Assembly: GCF_001194135.2 (NCBI RefSeq)
Contig: NC_068981.1
Span: forward strand, 99,245,371 to 99,293,920
Direction of reading: 5' to 3'
DNA length: 48,550 bases
Source: Octopus bimaculoides
Lineage: Eukaryota
Of the stretch, positions 1 through 13,200 are shown piece by piece. The position numbers were made by a program, and so were the translations under genes. The notes under the pieces are model-generated. The model was given only the letters and a program-made list of their open reading frames with translations, did not search any database and was not told the DNA's origin. Each line of letters starts with the position of its first letter. The stretch's first letter is position 1.

Positions 1-282
1 ATTTCTCCGCTAGAAGTATTCCTACGCCCCCGACCCCGTCAGTGTTCCCTGCCCAGAAAATCTTGTACCTGTGTTCTTTGCCTGTGAGGAACCTTGCAGA
101 ACCTCCTCTCCATCTTACTTCCTGGATGCAGCACATATCTACGCATCTCCGTTCAAGCATCTCAACAATTTCACCAGATCTACCTTTCAGCGTGCCGACG
201 TTGAGAGTGCCAATCCTAACAGTATGGGTGTTGGGGGTGTGGGCCTGTAGCCTGGGAAGAGGAAAAGCAGTGTCGTGTACCT
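1..282 (-). mobile_element. RTE-clade LINE, 5' part (APE endonuclease N-terminus), running off the window
   Basis: Minus frame 220 to 2 reads VRIGTLNVGTLKGRSGEIVEMLERRCVDMCCIQEVRWRGGSARFLTG..YKIFWAGNTDGVGGVGILLAEK, typical RTE endonuclease motifs. GC/CpG-rich, so probably young. Confidence 0.85.
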
Positions 283-644
283 GAAAAACTTTAATCTGCT
301 GAGTATTAACTGGGTTCTCTTTTTGTTTTGTTTTTTTTTTGCATAAGCATAACATCTTTCAGGAAAAAAACAGAGTAGGAGGTTGCAATGTCCAAGTCTT
401 TTCTTGGAGTATTAGTGACATGAGTGATGTCATTTAAAAGTGGGAATGAAACTGGATTACAGATGTAGTTTTTAAAGATACTGCATCACCTTATCGTATA
501 ATAACATGGGTGTACATGTACACACATGGACAGACACAGTAATATAGTAAGTAACATGATGACAGGGAATCAAAACAAAGATGCAGGCATAATTCATCAA
601 GAAATTTTGGCCAAACATCATGAAGAGTGGTTATAGTAATATCG

Positions 645-847
645 ATTTCAGATTTTGGCACACGGCCAGCAAGTTCAGAGGATGGGTTAAATCGATTAAT
701 TTCACCCCAAGATTCAATTGGTGCTTTTTTATCGACCCTGAAAGGATGAAAGGCAAAGTCGACTTTGAAGTCAGAACATAAAGATGAACAACATACTGCT
801 AAGCATTTTGCACAGTGTGCTAACGAATCAACCAGCTCACTGCCTTA
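645..847 (-). mobile_element. tRNA-derived SINE family A (core GTCGACTTTGCCTTTCATCCTTTC..GGTCGATAAAATAAGTACCAG, Meta-domain-like)
   Basis: Homologous to copies at 1659-1872, 24887-25070, 25639-25860, 32560-32710, 33985-34175 and the array at 40957-42146. Sense strand has A-box TGGCAGAATCRT and B-box GAGTTCAAATTC. Confidence 0.8.
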
Positions 848-959
848 ATGATAATGGAATGGTTGTGATGAAGATAACAGAAGTAGTGGTGATAGTAGTA
901 GTAGTGGTAATGGTGGTGGTTTATGAGATTTGACTGAGAGAAAGAACCAAACGTCTTAC

Positions 960-1270
960 TCCAAGTATATCCTCTAGGGCAGTTTCATCAATAACAATAG
1001 GCGTGTCAGGAGGGTGAGCCATGGGAGATAACTCAGTGACAGCAGTCTCCAAGTTGTCACCGATAGAACTAACGTCTGTTGTGCCTGCAGTTGTAGTTTT
1101 CACATTCTCTTCCTCTGCATCTGTTGTGCTGGTTGGTTTTGAATCGTCTTCTTGCTTCAATGGTAGACTGGGTGAATAAGTTTCAGCCACCTGAACAGCC
1201 ACAGCACGGCACACGGCTGCAATTGTTCGTTCCAGATTTCTCACTCCTGCCTCTCGGGTGTACTGTGAAA
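960..1270 (-). CDS. LONP2: LONP2 exon 13 ([25 protein letters not shown]...ALEDILG)
   Basis: tttcTAG acceptor, GTAAGA donor, 311 nt. Confidence 0.94.
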
Positions 1271-2614
1271 CTAGAAAAAGAAAAAAGACATTATATTACA
1301 TATTTTTTTATAAGCTAGTCCAGAGAACGAAGAGAATGAAATGCTATGATTTTTGCTGTTCCTCTCAGATCAAGAGTGAATCCTTTTTTCTTTTTCTTTC
1401 TTTTAGCTATTTAGTCATTAGATGCCAAACTACAAGGTCATGAAGACGTAAACAAACCAACAATGATTAAGGGTGGTTGGGCACAAACACATATACACAC
1501 ATACATACAGGATGTTCAGACTAAATTTGATGATTTTTTGGTCTCCCTTATTCAGGTACAGCTTGATGTACTGTTGAACAATCAATGGTATTGCAGAGCA
1601 TAAAGTTGTAGTTCAGAAAAAGTGAGCTAACATGGAGGACTGGAAGCCATTTGAATATTGGTTTCAAATTTTAGCACAAGGCCAGCAATTTGAGGGAAGG
1701 GTATAAGTTGATTACATTACCTCAGTGCTCAACTGATACTTATTTTATCGATCCCAAAAGGATGAAAGGCAAAGACGACCTTAGCGAAATTTGAACTCAG
1801 AACATAAAGACAAATGAAATGCTGCTAAGCATTTTGCCCAATGCAGTAACAATTCTGCCAGCTCACCATCTTAAGCCATCTGAATACTGGAAAAGGGTCA
1901 CCTGTATCATGATGATTCACACCAAGTATCAAAATGCTGCTCAATAATCTTTGGACATTGTAAAGGCTGTAAAATTTAATGTGCAGACAGACCCTAGGAG
2001 ATTTAACTGGGGAAAAAGAAATATCTCAACCCCAATATTTTGTTTACTGCTTGATCTGAATTCTGATCCTATTGAAATCAACTTCAGCTTTCAGCCATCC
2101 AGGATCACTAAAACAAGAACTGGGTCTTGTTAATTCATATTTCTTCTTCCCAATATAAAAATGACCTTATATTTAATCAAATGGAAACATATATGCCTGT
2201 ATTTATGCTTGTAGCTATTCGTAGTTGCTGGATTGGCTGTGTGGTTGTCATTAGACCAGAATGAGAGGAAAATAGTGAACACTGTGAGAAACATTTTTTT
2301 TTGTTTTGAAAAGAGAAAAGACAGAAGAGAGAAAGAAAAAAACACGTCCACTCTTTTGAACATCTGCGCAGGAAAAAAAGGATGGACAATGGTCACATGT
2401 GAGCAATGGGAGAGAGAGAGGGGAGAGAAAGAGGGGGAGAGAGAGACAGATAGAAAACGGTGAAGGGTAGAGGGGGAAAAAAAGAGAATTTGAGAAGGAT
2501 GGAGGAAGAAAACAGTACAGAGTAGAGAGTTGCATCAAAAAGATGAAGATAAACTTACTTGGAAATGGATGTGTTGCATTCAATATAATAATACTAAATA
2601 ATATATAATATATG

Positions 2615-2649
<35 letters not shown>

Positions 2650-5600
2650 NNNNNNNNNNNNNNNNNNNNNNNNNNNNNNNNNNNNNNNNNNNNNNNNNNN
2701 NNNNNNNNNNNNNNNNNNNNNNNNNNNNNNNNNNNNNNNNNNNNNNNNNTATATGGAGAAAGGGGAGGAACACATGCACACCTAAACAACTGAATATTAA
2801 ATTTGTTCTCATTTAACATATATTTTAATGAGTTGAAATGATTAGTGGAACGCATTCCATACTTATCAATTTAATTGAATCAGTGGGAATGTGGAGCAGT
2901 TCTGGTGACAATCCATGTAGAGTGAGTTGTTTAGGCATCAGATGCCTCTCAGCAATGTGCAACTTCTCCTCTTCAGTGTAACCCTGGATGGAAATGATTT
3001 CCATGCGGTCAATCAATGCAGGTGGAATAGGAGCTAAGTTGTTGGCTGTACAGATAAACAGCACTTGTGAGAGGTCAAATGGTACGTTCAGGTAGCTGGG
3101 GCTGGAGTTAAGGAAAAATATAATCAGAAACATAAGCTAGTAAATGTTGTTGTTGTTGTTACTGTTGTTGTTTATAGAACAGAAAAAAATACAAATATTA
3201 TACTGTGACAGAACAACAAATTTGAAACATTGTTGTATGGTGTATCTCTTCTTTTATTCTTTTACTTTGATAACAGCCATGCTGGAGCACCGCCTTAAAG
3301 GGTTTTTTTTTTTTTAGTCTAGTAAATTGAACCCAGGACTTATTCTTTGTAAACCTAGTACTTTTTCTATCAGTTTCTTTTGCCAAACCACTAAGTTATT
3401 GGGATGCAAACACATCGACATTGGTCAGACACACACACGTAAATACATACATGTGTGTGTGTGTGTATACATATATATATATATATATATGACAAGCTTC
3501 TTTCAGTTTCCATCTACCAAATCCACTCACAAAGCTTTTGATGGGCCCAAGATGTCACACAGTGGGACTGAACCCAGAACCATGTGGTTGGGAAGCAAGC
3601 TTCTTACCACACAGCCACGCCTGCACCATGTATGTGTATATAGTGTAATTTTGGTTTTGTTCAGTTTAGCCCTGAGCAAGCAGATTAGCTGTTCGAGTTA
3701 CCACATATATGTAATTCAAGATTGTAATAATGACATAGTGTGCTGTATTAGTGTAGTGTAATGAATTACTGTAATATAGAACAGTATAGTGTGATTTAGT
3801 CAAGTAGTAATTACATCACGCTGTACTGTATTATATGGTGATATAACAGCATTGTGTATTGTAGAATAGTGTGTGATGTAGTGTAGTGCAACACACAGTG
3901 TAGTTTACAACAATAAAATACAATGAACTGCAATCATGGTTCAAATAATGTTACAGATAGATACTAGTCCTTGATTCAAGTCCATAGTATATTTTAAATA
4001 TTTAAATATTTCCATATAAATAGTATGGTTTGTACCAGACATGTTGCTGTTCAACAGTAATTGAATAAACTTTATAATCTCAACAATAGACAACTAAACA
4101 TTATGTGAAAACCTACACTCAATTTCATATCTACAGGTTGCTCCCAAATGTTCAATTTCAAGTCTGTAGTAACAGAGATAACTGGAAATATTCAACAGCA
4201 TTACCACCACTACAACATAATAAATCACCTTTCATAAAACCTAAGGAAGCATGAACCACCAATGCTGTTAGATGTGATACACAAATTGGAAAAAAAAAAA
4301 TGCAGATCTCACATGTCCAGTCTGACACATTTACTTCAACACGGCCAAATAATTCATGGACTGAAACATGGAATATCTACAGTACAAAATCTAAAGTTTT
4401 ACTCTAAACAATTGATTGAGTAACTTTGTGCTGTATATTTGTTCCCAAACATTTGACTGGAAACCTTAGTGCCAAAAATTTACAACTAAACATTTTATTG
4501 GATATCTCAGTGTCACAAATATATCTTTCTGTCATGGATTTGCTAAGCAACATTTGACTGGTTGCACATTATAGATCTACTCAAAAGCAGTAGACTAAAT
4601 CTACACAACAACAACCAACAATATCAGTAACACTACAACCCATCAAAGACTCTTTTTACTTGACCTATCAACATAACAGTTAAATCTATACAAATTTCTG
4701 TTTCTAAAACAAGGACTACATGTTTGGGTGCTAAATCTAAGGAGAGCAGAGCATGCTACATAGGCTAGCCAGGACTGAAATGTTAACTAGTTTAAGCCAT
4801 AATAATGCACATCTTGTGTTCTTTCAAGTAACACAATGGACAGCTTACTCTCCCAAATATTCCCTAGGCAGCCCAAATCCTAGATATCACAGTAGACAGC
4901 TTATACTTGTCAAAGCATAATGGACATCTTATACTCTCAGTAAGAAACACAGAAATACTCTAGATAATAGATTTCGAATGTAGATTTTATATTTTCAAAC
5001 AACACAGCAGATATGTTTAAGTAGCAGACAACCACAGTAAGCCACCTTACACTCCTAGTGAGAATTAACTGCAAAAGGATACTGATCAGTAAATGTGTGG
5101 TTTTGTTCAGGGTCCAAAACCTCAAGCAATGCAGCAGCTGGGTCTCCATGGATGCTCTTATTCTAAAATACATTAAAAAAAAGAATATAAATGTAAAAAT
5201 TAAAAACTAAAAACAAAAACCAGAAAAAAAAAATAGAGAAATTCAATTCCACTTAACAATTTCATGAGTCAATGAGAAAGTAACATGACTTGCTCAATTC
5301 TCCAGGATCATATGTTCATCACCATCACTGTCAACATTTTAACATGTTTATTCCATGTTAACAAATGTTGGATACTTCTGTCATACACTACCAATCATTA
5401 TGATCTTTCATCATCCCACCTGGGAAGCCCAGCATCCTAATATCTGAGCCCACCACTTCTTTCTGTATCTTACATTGTTCTCTTCTTCTTTACAAACCCA
5501 CCCAACACCACGTGACCCACTATAAAAACGTTTAGCCAGATAAAAACATTGACTGATACTCAATCCTATGTACCACCAACCACTTCAACAATGGAGATTC

Positions 5601-7219
5601 ATTAAAATTGGTTCCTGTTATTATATTCTATATGTTCAGACACCTCCCAATGTTACCACGTTTAACCCCTACCTCTAAAATGTTCTTCCCAGAGCATTCA
5701 ATAAATCTCCTCCCTACATCATCAACCCCCAGCTGTAAGTAAAACTAATGTCATCTCAGAGACAAGGCCACACACTTGCAAAGAAAGACTTTATAGTTTA
5801 GTCAATTCCAATACATTACTGGTACTAACCAAACCAATAAGGGAGCCTCTATTTAGTTGCATAAACTGCTATGAAAGGCAGCCAAGACTCCCTAAAATCA
5901 CAATCCAGCTTCTTTAAATTGGGAAAGACAGAGGACATTTTAGTACCTGATATGCAAAATGACAGGATGGTCATAGTTGGAATGTCTTTGATCATAGATC
6001 TGCTAGATCAGGGCTGACCTGGGTTTATACAACAACAAAATCATTTTTTTGCTTTCAACCCACAAAATCTTTCACTATAACAGAAATGAAAATTTACCAT
6101 TTTATCAATCTCATCAAACAAAAACACTGGATTATTAGTTCCAACCAATTTGAGGCCATGAATAATACGTCCTGGCATACTCCCAATGTATGTGCGGCGG
6201 TGACCTCGGATCTCGCTTTGATCGCTGATACCCCCTAAAGCGATTCTGAAATTAACCAAATTAAATCATAAATTTTCCAGTTAATGTTTAATTTACTATA
6301 AATATTCAGAAACAATTACTGACAATTCCTCAATCAGAATTTTAGATAATAAACTGTCGTTATAGTTATGTGTTTGTTAAATATTTAAATGTCTGAGATG
6401 ATTTGTTGATAACAAGAAAACAATTTTTCAGATTATTAACTTCAACATTTGAGATCAAACCTTTATGATAGATAAATACTTTTCCAAGAGAGAGAGAGAT
6501 GTCTTACAACCTGAGCATTTTGTGGTGCACCTGAGTACGGTATGCAATAAGTTCATTATTATTATGGTTATATATATATAAACTTATATGATATCTACAA
6601 GGAAATATCTACAAGGGGACCCTGGACATGCCTTTTTCAAATCTTAGGACTCATAGTACAAGTTACTCTGATTACTTATTTTCCATGGCATATAAATCAC
6701 TGAGATCACAACATTCCACCTGAACAAGATGCCAGTCCATTACAGGGTTACCCATTCACAGCTGAACAAACTGGAGTAACATAATGCAATGCCTGATCCA
6801 GGAACAGAAACCATAATCTTGCAATTGTGAGTGCAACAGCCTGACCATCAAGACGTATGCCTTCACTCTTAATGCTGCAGAATTTGATAGTAAACAATAT
6901 TGCATGGGACTTTTATATCCACAATATTTCTATTACTCAATCAAACTAACTGTAACATAATGCAGACACTGCAAAAAAGTCCACATTGTGGCTAATGTTT
7001 TTTTTTCCTTTACTCATCAAATATTTTGTCTTAGGACTGCAGCTTTGATGAGGCACATCCTTCAACAGTTTCAGTTGCTCAAGTCAACCTCAGTACTTTA
7101 TCTGGTGCTTTTTATCACTCTTTGTCATTTGTGTCTACAAATCGTCCTTGGATATAACTTGAGCAGAACTCAATACCACAGGATATATTTAGTTCAGCAC
7201 ACTGATTTTGTTCTTTCAT

Positions 7220-7270
<51 letters not shown>

Positions 7271-10200
7271 CATATGATGATGGATTCTCTCATTGTGAAT
7301 GACAAATGAGGGTTCAGTAAAAGCAGTAATCATGTTCTATGGACATGAATGTCTTTTGAGGCCTGCTAGTGCCTTCGAAACCTTTTGACAAAGAGAACAC
7401 ACATGACAGGTTTCCACACAGTTTCCATTTCTCAAATTTCATTCACAAGGTTTTGTTCAACCTACTGTAGGAACAAGCTTCAAACTATACATAATCTAAT
7501 AGTATGAAAAATTCTAGTCTTATGTGTACATATGCATGAGTAAGCCTCAAACTACATGTGTAAATTTGTAAATGCATACGCATCAATGTATGTGTGTACC
7601 TTCAACACACCTTGTGTAGAAATAAACTGAATATCACCAAACAAAATCACACTATTTCTCAACTTTTAAAATATTTCAACAGAAAGTCATTGATAAAAGC
7701 AAAGACATATATTTTGATATATTGGCTAAAACAAAATTCAATGAAATTTTCTTTGTTTTTTTCTTAAAAAACAGATAAAATGTTAAATTTTGCTCTCACC
7801 GATGGAATTCCCTTCCTAAGATATGTGCAATAGATCGCCCAATACTGGTTTTACCTACACCAGGTGGTCCAACAAAACACATGATTGGTCCTTTCAAACT
7901 GTTTTTCAGCTGCCGTACAGCTAGGTATTCCAGAACACGGTTCTTTACTTTTTCCAGACCATAATGATCTATATCAAGAGCTTTTCTACAAGATAAAATA
8001 AATGAACACTTAAAGACCTCATCAAACTCTCATTAGAATCTCAGAAACATAACAAGAAAGGCAACAATGTAAATACTATTAGCAATATTAAAATGTTATA
8101 TTGTAACCATCATCATCATATTAACATCTGCTTTTCCATGCTTTCATGGATCAAATGGAGTTTACTGAGGCAGATTTTTTACAGTCACATACTCTTCCTG
8201 TTGTCAACCATCACTTATTTCCAAGCAAGGTAAAATTTTCCTATGGCAAGACATTACATGAAATGTTGAAAATGAATGACGGTTTTTGTATGACAGTAAC
8301 ACTCACTCACAACTGTCATGTAGTGTCAAGACAAGAAAACACAAGTATACACACACACACACACACTCATATGGTGGCTGTCCACTCATGACTGAGGATG
8401 ACCATCACTGATCATTAAGAACATTTTATACACTCAGACAAAATTACACTTTACACGTGTGTGCATGTGTGCATGCACACACACACACACACAAAAGCAA
8501 CAGACTTCTTTCAATTTTCATTTACCAAATTTACTCACAAAACTATGGTCAGCCTGGACACTTGCCCAAGGTGCCACACAATTGGACTGAAACTGTAATC
8601 ATGTAGTTGGGAAACAAACTTCTTAACCTTCCGTGGTGCTGTTCTGTATTTTTCATGGTTAGTGCAGTGGAGTATGGAGAACCCCACTCATAGTTTTAGC
8701 TATTTTTAGTACTTTTTATTACTTTATATATGTGTTCTTGAGCAATAATATTACCAAAAAACATATTCTGCAACCAAAAACAAATGAGTATTCTTTGAAA
8801 ATGAAGGTCAAATAAAATAAAACTATTTTTTGATAGGGAGAGTGCTCCTTTCATATTTATAGTTTACTCATTGTTTGTACTATCCTCATCACTCTGAGCA
8901 AAGCAGTCAATGCAAATGTGCATAGCATGTTCCAAGCAGATGGGCTTATAGCACTTCTGGCAGTAATTTCTTGTCTTACAATCTTTTGACCTGGGGCACA
9001 ATGAGCATCTTTGTATGGAATCTTCACAATGACGTTTCGGAGGTAATTCCTTAGATGCTGAGAAATGGTGAATCTTCTTTTTCAAGTCTTTCCTCAAATA
9101 TGGGTTTGTCTTGCAATGATGGATATGGCCCTCTACCAACTTGAGTCCCAATTCCCTCAGAAACTTTCGGTGCCTGATAGCTATTTGAGAATTTGTCATG
9201 AATATATTGTATGCATTTATTCTTGCAACACTGAGTATGGTGTAGAAAACTGTAACTAGCCAATGTCGAGTATTTCTGGAAACATTGCTGATGGAACACA
9301 ACTGATCCTCAGTGTCTACCCCTCTTTTAGTACTGTTATAGAAGGTAATAATCTCTGGCTTTCTTTTTTCTTTTGTACTTTCATCAATTGCAGCATCATG
9401 ATGCATTGTGCTGAGTAGGACAACATTTTTACCTTTCTTGGGAACATATGAGGTCAGTGTAACATCCTTCTGGAAACCAAACAAGCTTGTGTATTCAGTT
9501 CAGCCTCTTGTGACATCAAACTGAGGAGAAAGTTCTATCCTGTTCTTTCTCAGAGTGCTAACTAATGTTAACCTATAATTCTTCAAGAGATCATCTGCAA
9601 GTCCATAACTTGTAAACCAATTATCCATCGTAATATTTCTTCCAGACCCATTTATATGAGACACCAACCATTTTACCTCTGCTGCTCCTGAATTATCTAC
9701 CATAGAAGAGCCTTCTGGTTGTTTCCCCAAGTAGACCTTCATACATGACACATAGAAAGTTTTAGCATCTACCAAAATAAATATTTTTATGTCATATTTT
9801 GGTGGTTTACTTGGCATGTAGACCCTGAATGGACAGTTCCCTCTAGAGGCAGCCAGCATTTCATCTACTGTCACATACTCTGCGAGATTATAACTGAAGA
9901 TACAATTATCAACAAATTTCTCAAAGAACTTTCTAAAAAGTGCAAACTTATCTTCTAGCCACCTTTCATCCTGGGTGTGGATGTCATCAAACCTCATAGA
10001 CCTCAGCAGGAAACAAAACCGCTGCAAAGAACATAGTTGCTGGAACAATTTCAATTCCTGTATCATCGGTTGCCCAAATATCTTCCATATTCATTCGGTT
10101 AGCTATAAAAACTCCTAACAGATAAAGCAGTCCTATTGCAGCTTTCATTTCCCTTTTATAAGAATGTCTCTCTTTTGACTTATCTTTATATTTTCCTTGT

Positions 10201-13200
10201 TTACTGTCAATGTAGATATAATAGTGCAAGCTACTAATTCATTCAGAAGTTCTTGTGTGAGAAGCAAAAACCAGGAGTCCTTTGCAGCATCCACGTTTTA
10301 CTGTTCCTCTTGGTCCTGGTGAAACCTGGTATATGTTGTGTGCATGTATACACCATGGAAGACATGGGGGAACTTCTTTCCAGAGAGTTTTATTATTTTT
10401 GCCTATAAACTGTTTTTCTGTGTTTCTGGTAGCCTGCTGTTCATCTTCATCATGAATTTCATCAGTTTCATCCAAGGGATCATCTAGTGAAGTCTGCAAC
10501 AAGCCATCTGCTTCAGTTCCTCCCTCTTCATCTGTCATTTCTTCTTCATCTGTTGTTTCTTCCTTAGCTATACTCTCTTCTTCCTCTTCAGATTTTTATT
10601 CATCTGGTCCTTCATGAAGGAGATGATTCTGATTCATCTATGTCTAATTCTCTCTCAGTTTTTTCCATTTGTCTTTTGTAGTCCATTGCGAGGACACGAA
10701 ACTCAGCTTGCGAAGACTTCTTGGGGCAAGCGAAAGCGAAATCGGGATGGCACCTGTGCCCAGCGTCGCCTTTCTGGCACTTGTGCCCGTGGCATGTGTA
10801 AGGACTTTCGAGCGAGATCGTTGCCAGTGCCCCTGGACTGGCTCTTGTGCGGGTGGCACATAAAATACACCATTTGAGCATGGCCGTTGCCAGTACCGCC
10901 TGACTGGCCTTCATGCCAGTGGCACGTAAAAGCACCCACTACACTCTCAGAGTGGTTGACGTTAGGAAGGGAATCCAGCTGTAGAAACTCTGCCAAATCA
11001 GATTGGAGCCTGGTGTAGCCATCTGGTTTCACCAGTCCTCAGTCAAATCGTCCAACCCATGCTAGCATGGAAAGCGGACATTAAACGATGATGATGATGA
11101 TGATGATGATGGCATTTAGAACCATCTAATAAGAAAAAGAAAATGTTGGTCAGTTGACAATAATATATAATTTTATGCAAGAAATAATCAGCCTTTCAGA
11201 TATAAAATTAAATAAGTAAAATAAACAATAATAAAGAAAAGGAAACAAAAATATATCAGTCATTAAATAGTACAGTGAATGGTACGGTGGAATATGCACA
11301 ACCCCGGACACAAATAACACATGTGTACACTTCTCATCACTCAGTCAGTAACTGAGTGGAGTTGTGCATTAACTCAGTGGAGTTGTGCATTAACTCAGTG
11401 GAGTTGTGCATTAACTCAGTGGAGTTGTGCATTAACTCAGTGGAGTTGTGCATTAACTCAGTGGAGTTGTGCCAAGACATTACATGGATGGACAGCACTA
11501 TCACTGCTGACAGATGTAAGGTGCACATATACAAACATCACCTGGGTATGAGATATCTTACCACACCACCAGAGGGTTAACCACACAGCTCCACCTATAC
11601 CTATAAAAATGATAATTATGAAGAAGCTGAGTATAGTGAAGGTGATAGGATGGTGGTTGTAGCAAAGATAGTAATAAATATACTAGTGATGATAACAATA
11701 TACATTTTAAAAAGTTACTGAAAAGAGGAATGTAAATATAGAGAGAAAGATGAGAGAAAAATAGAAAAGGAAGAGAGGGAGAGAATGAGATAGGGTAGAG
11801 AGAAATAAAGAGAAAGACAATAAATGCAGTAAGTTTCAAGTGTGGAAAGTATAATAAATGGTAAAAGCGGGCATCACCTAGCTTGGACAATGTCCAATGT
11901 GTCCTTGTTGCTTTTTGACCAAGGAAGTTCCACCATAAGTTCCAGATAATTCCTGGAATAGAAAAATGTTGACATTAATTCAAATATGAAAAAAGAAGCA
12001 GTGAGAGTATAATTCACTTCCGATTTGGTTTGGGTGTGTGATATTGATAAGCCACAAAAAATGGTGGAACATCAATGTCCATTACTTCTAAATGGGATCT
12101 GGGGTGAATTATCTCCCCTGTCCATGACTTTCAGGTGTTTTAACACCCAGCGCTATGAGAGAGGAATCTCCACCACAGCAAATACACACAGTATATTTGT
12201 TAAATACATGTGGTCAACAATGTCGACATTAATATATTCCATTTCTCTTAAAGTTGAGCTAGGGCTCCTCAGTATATTACAGGATATTGTCATTGTTTTG
12301 CCCTAGGTCAGCCTTGTAACATAGGTACACTTGCAACTATGTTAAACACAATTATTATTATTATAACTGTTATTAGGGCAGCAAAGTTGCAGAATCATTA
12401 GATTTGCCTTTGATTCTTTTGGAATCAATAGAATTAAGTATCACTTAAAACATCATGCTATTGATATATAGCAGTTCAGTAGTTCCTTTGATTTCTTTCT
12501 ACATCACTTTTGCTCCTCTGGCAATAGATTCCCCTTCTCCAGACAGCTATATATTATACCATATCTGCTTTGAGGCCAATTAATAATTTCCAAAGTAACA
12601 ATAAGCATGTAATAGGCCTATAATTACTGAATTACCTTCCTTTTTAACCCTTTAGTGTTCACATTATTCTGCCATAATTAATGCTTTTTTATCCACATTG
12701 TTTTGAACTAATAATGCATTATCTTGTAGCTATGAAATTTTGATGAGGTAGCTGTTAATTTTTAAAACGATATTGTAGGGTTGGTGTGAGAGACCAGATC
12801 TGGCCAGTTTGAACATAGAATAGGTAGAATACTTTTGGCCGGATATGGCCGGTTTAAATGCTAAAGGGTTAACCTTTTTTTTTTTTGACAGTAGATCCTT
12901 CTGTATTAAAACTGTCTTTGTTTTTGACATCCATAATGATGATGTTGGCATTCCAATTTCTGTACAGTCAGTAGGAAAAAATTCTATATAGTTGAACATG
13001 TTTGAGAGTTTTTTAATCCAGAATCCCTGAATACCATCTAGTCCAGAAGATTTCCAATTTGGTACTTTCTTAAGCAGTATTTTCACTTTCTCATCTGTAA
13101 TACTTTATATTCTCCTATTTTAATCAATTTTCTATTTCACTTTCAAATTTCCATGGTCAGTCTGTTTCCCTATTGTTATTATCATTATCATCATTATTAT

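Larger units (their letters stand above)
8627..11576 (-). mobile_element. Full-length decayed piggyBac DNA transposon in LONP2 intron 8
   Basis: Flanked by TTAA at 8623-8626 and 11577-11580, with imperfect TIRs (CCTTCCGTGGTG vs CCCTCTGGTGGTG). Frameshifted transposase 10686 to 8864 with the DDD triad (TVDE, TMDNWFT, GVDTEDQ), YMPSKPPKY, and a C-terminal Cys-rich domain CSLC..CQKC..IC..H..C..C. Confidence 0.93.

Noticed and set aside
42-284. 80-aa plus-strand ORF
   Set aside because: It is the antisense shadow of the RTE endonuclease fragment on the minus strand.
960-1200. Novel domain in the Thr/Ser/acidic stretch of LONP2 exon 13
   Set aside because: It corresponds to the variable low-complexity linker between the AAA+ and protease domains, also present in vertebrate LONP2.
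3750-3905. Degenerate (TAGTG)n-like pentamer tract in the U12 intron
   Set aside because: An ordinary decayed microsatellite.
8864-9484. Domesticated PGBD gene (206-aa open C-terminal ORF)
   Set aside because: The rest of the transposase has several frameshifts and stops, conserved residues are altered, and the TTAA-flanked ends are retained. It is a decayed element.
11349-11472. CRISPR-like array
   Set aside because: The units are directly adjacent with no unique spacers, there are no cas genes, and the context is a eukaryotic intron. It is a minisatellite.
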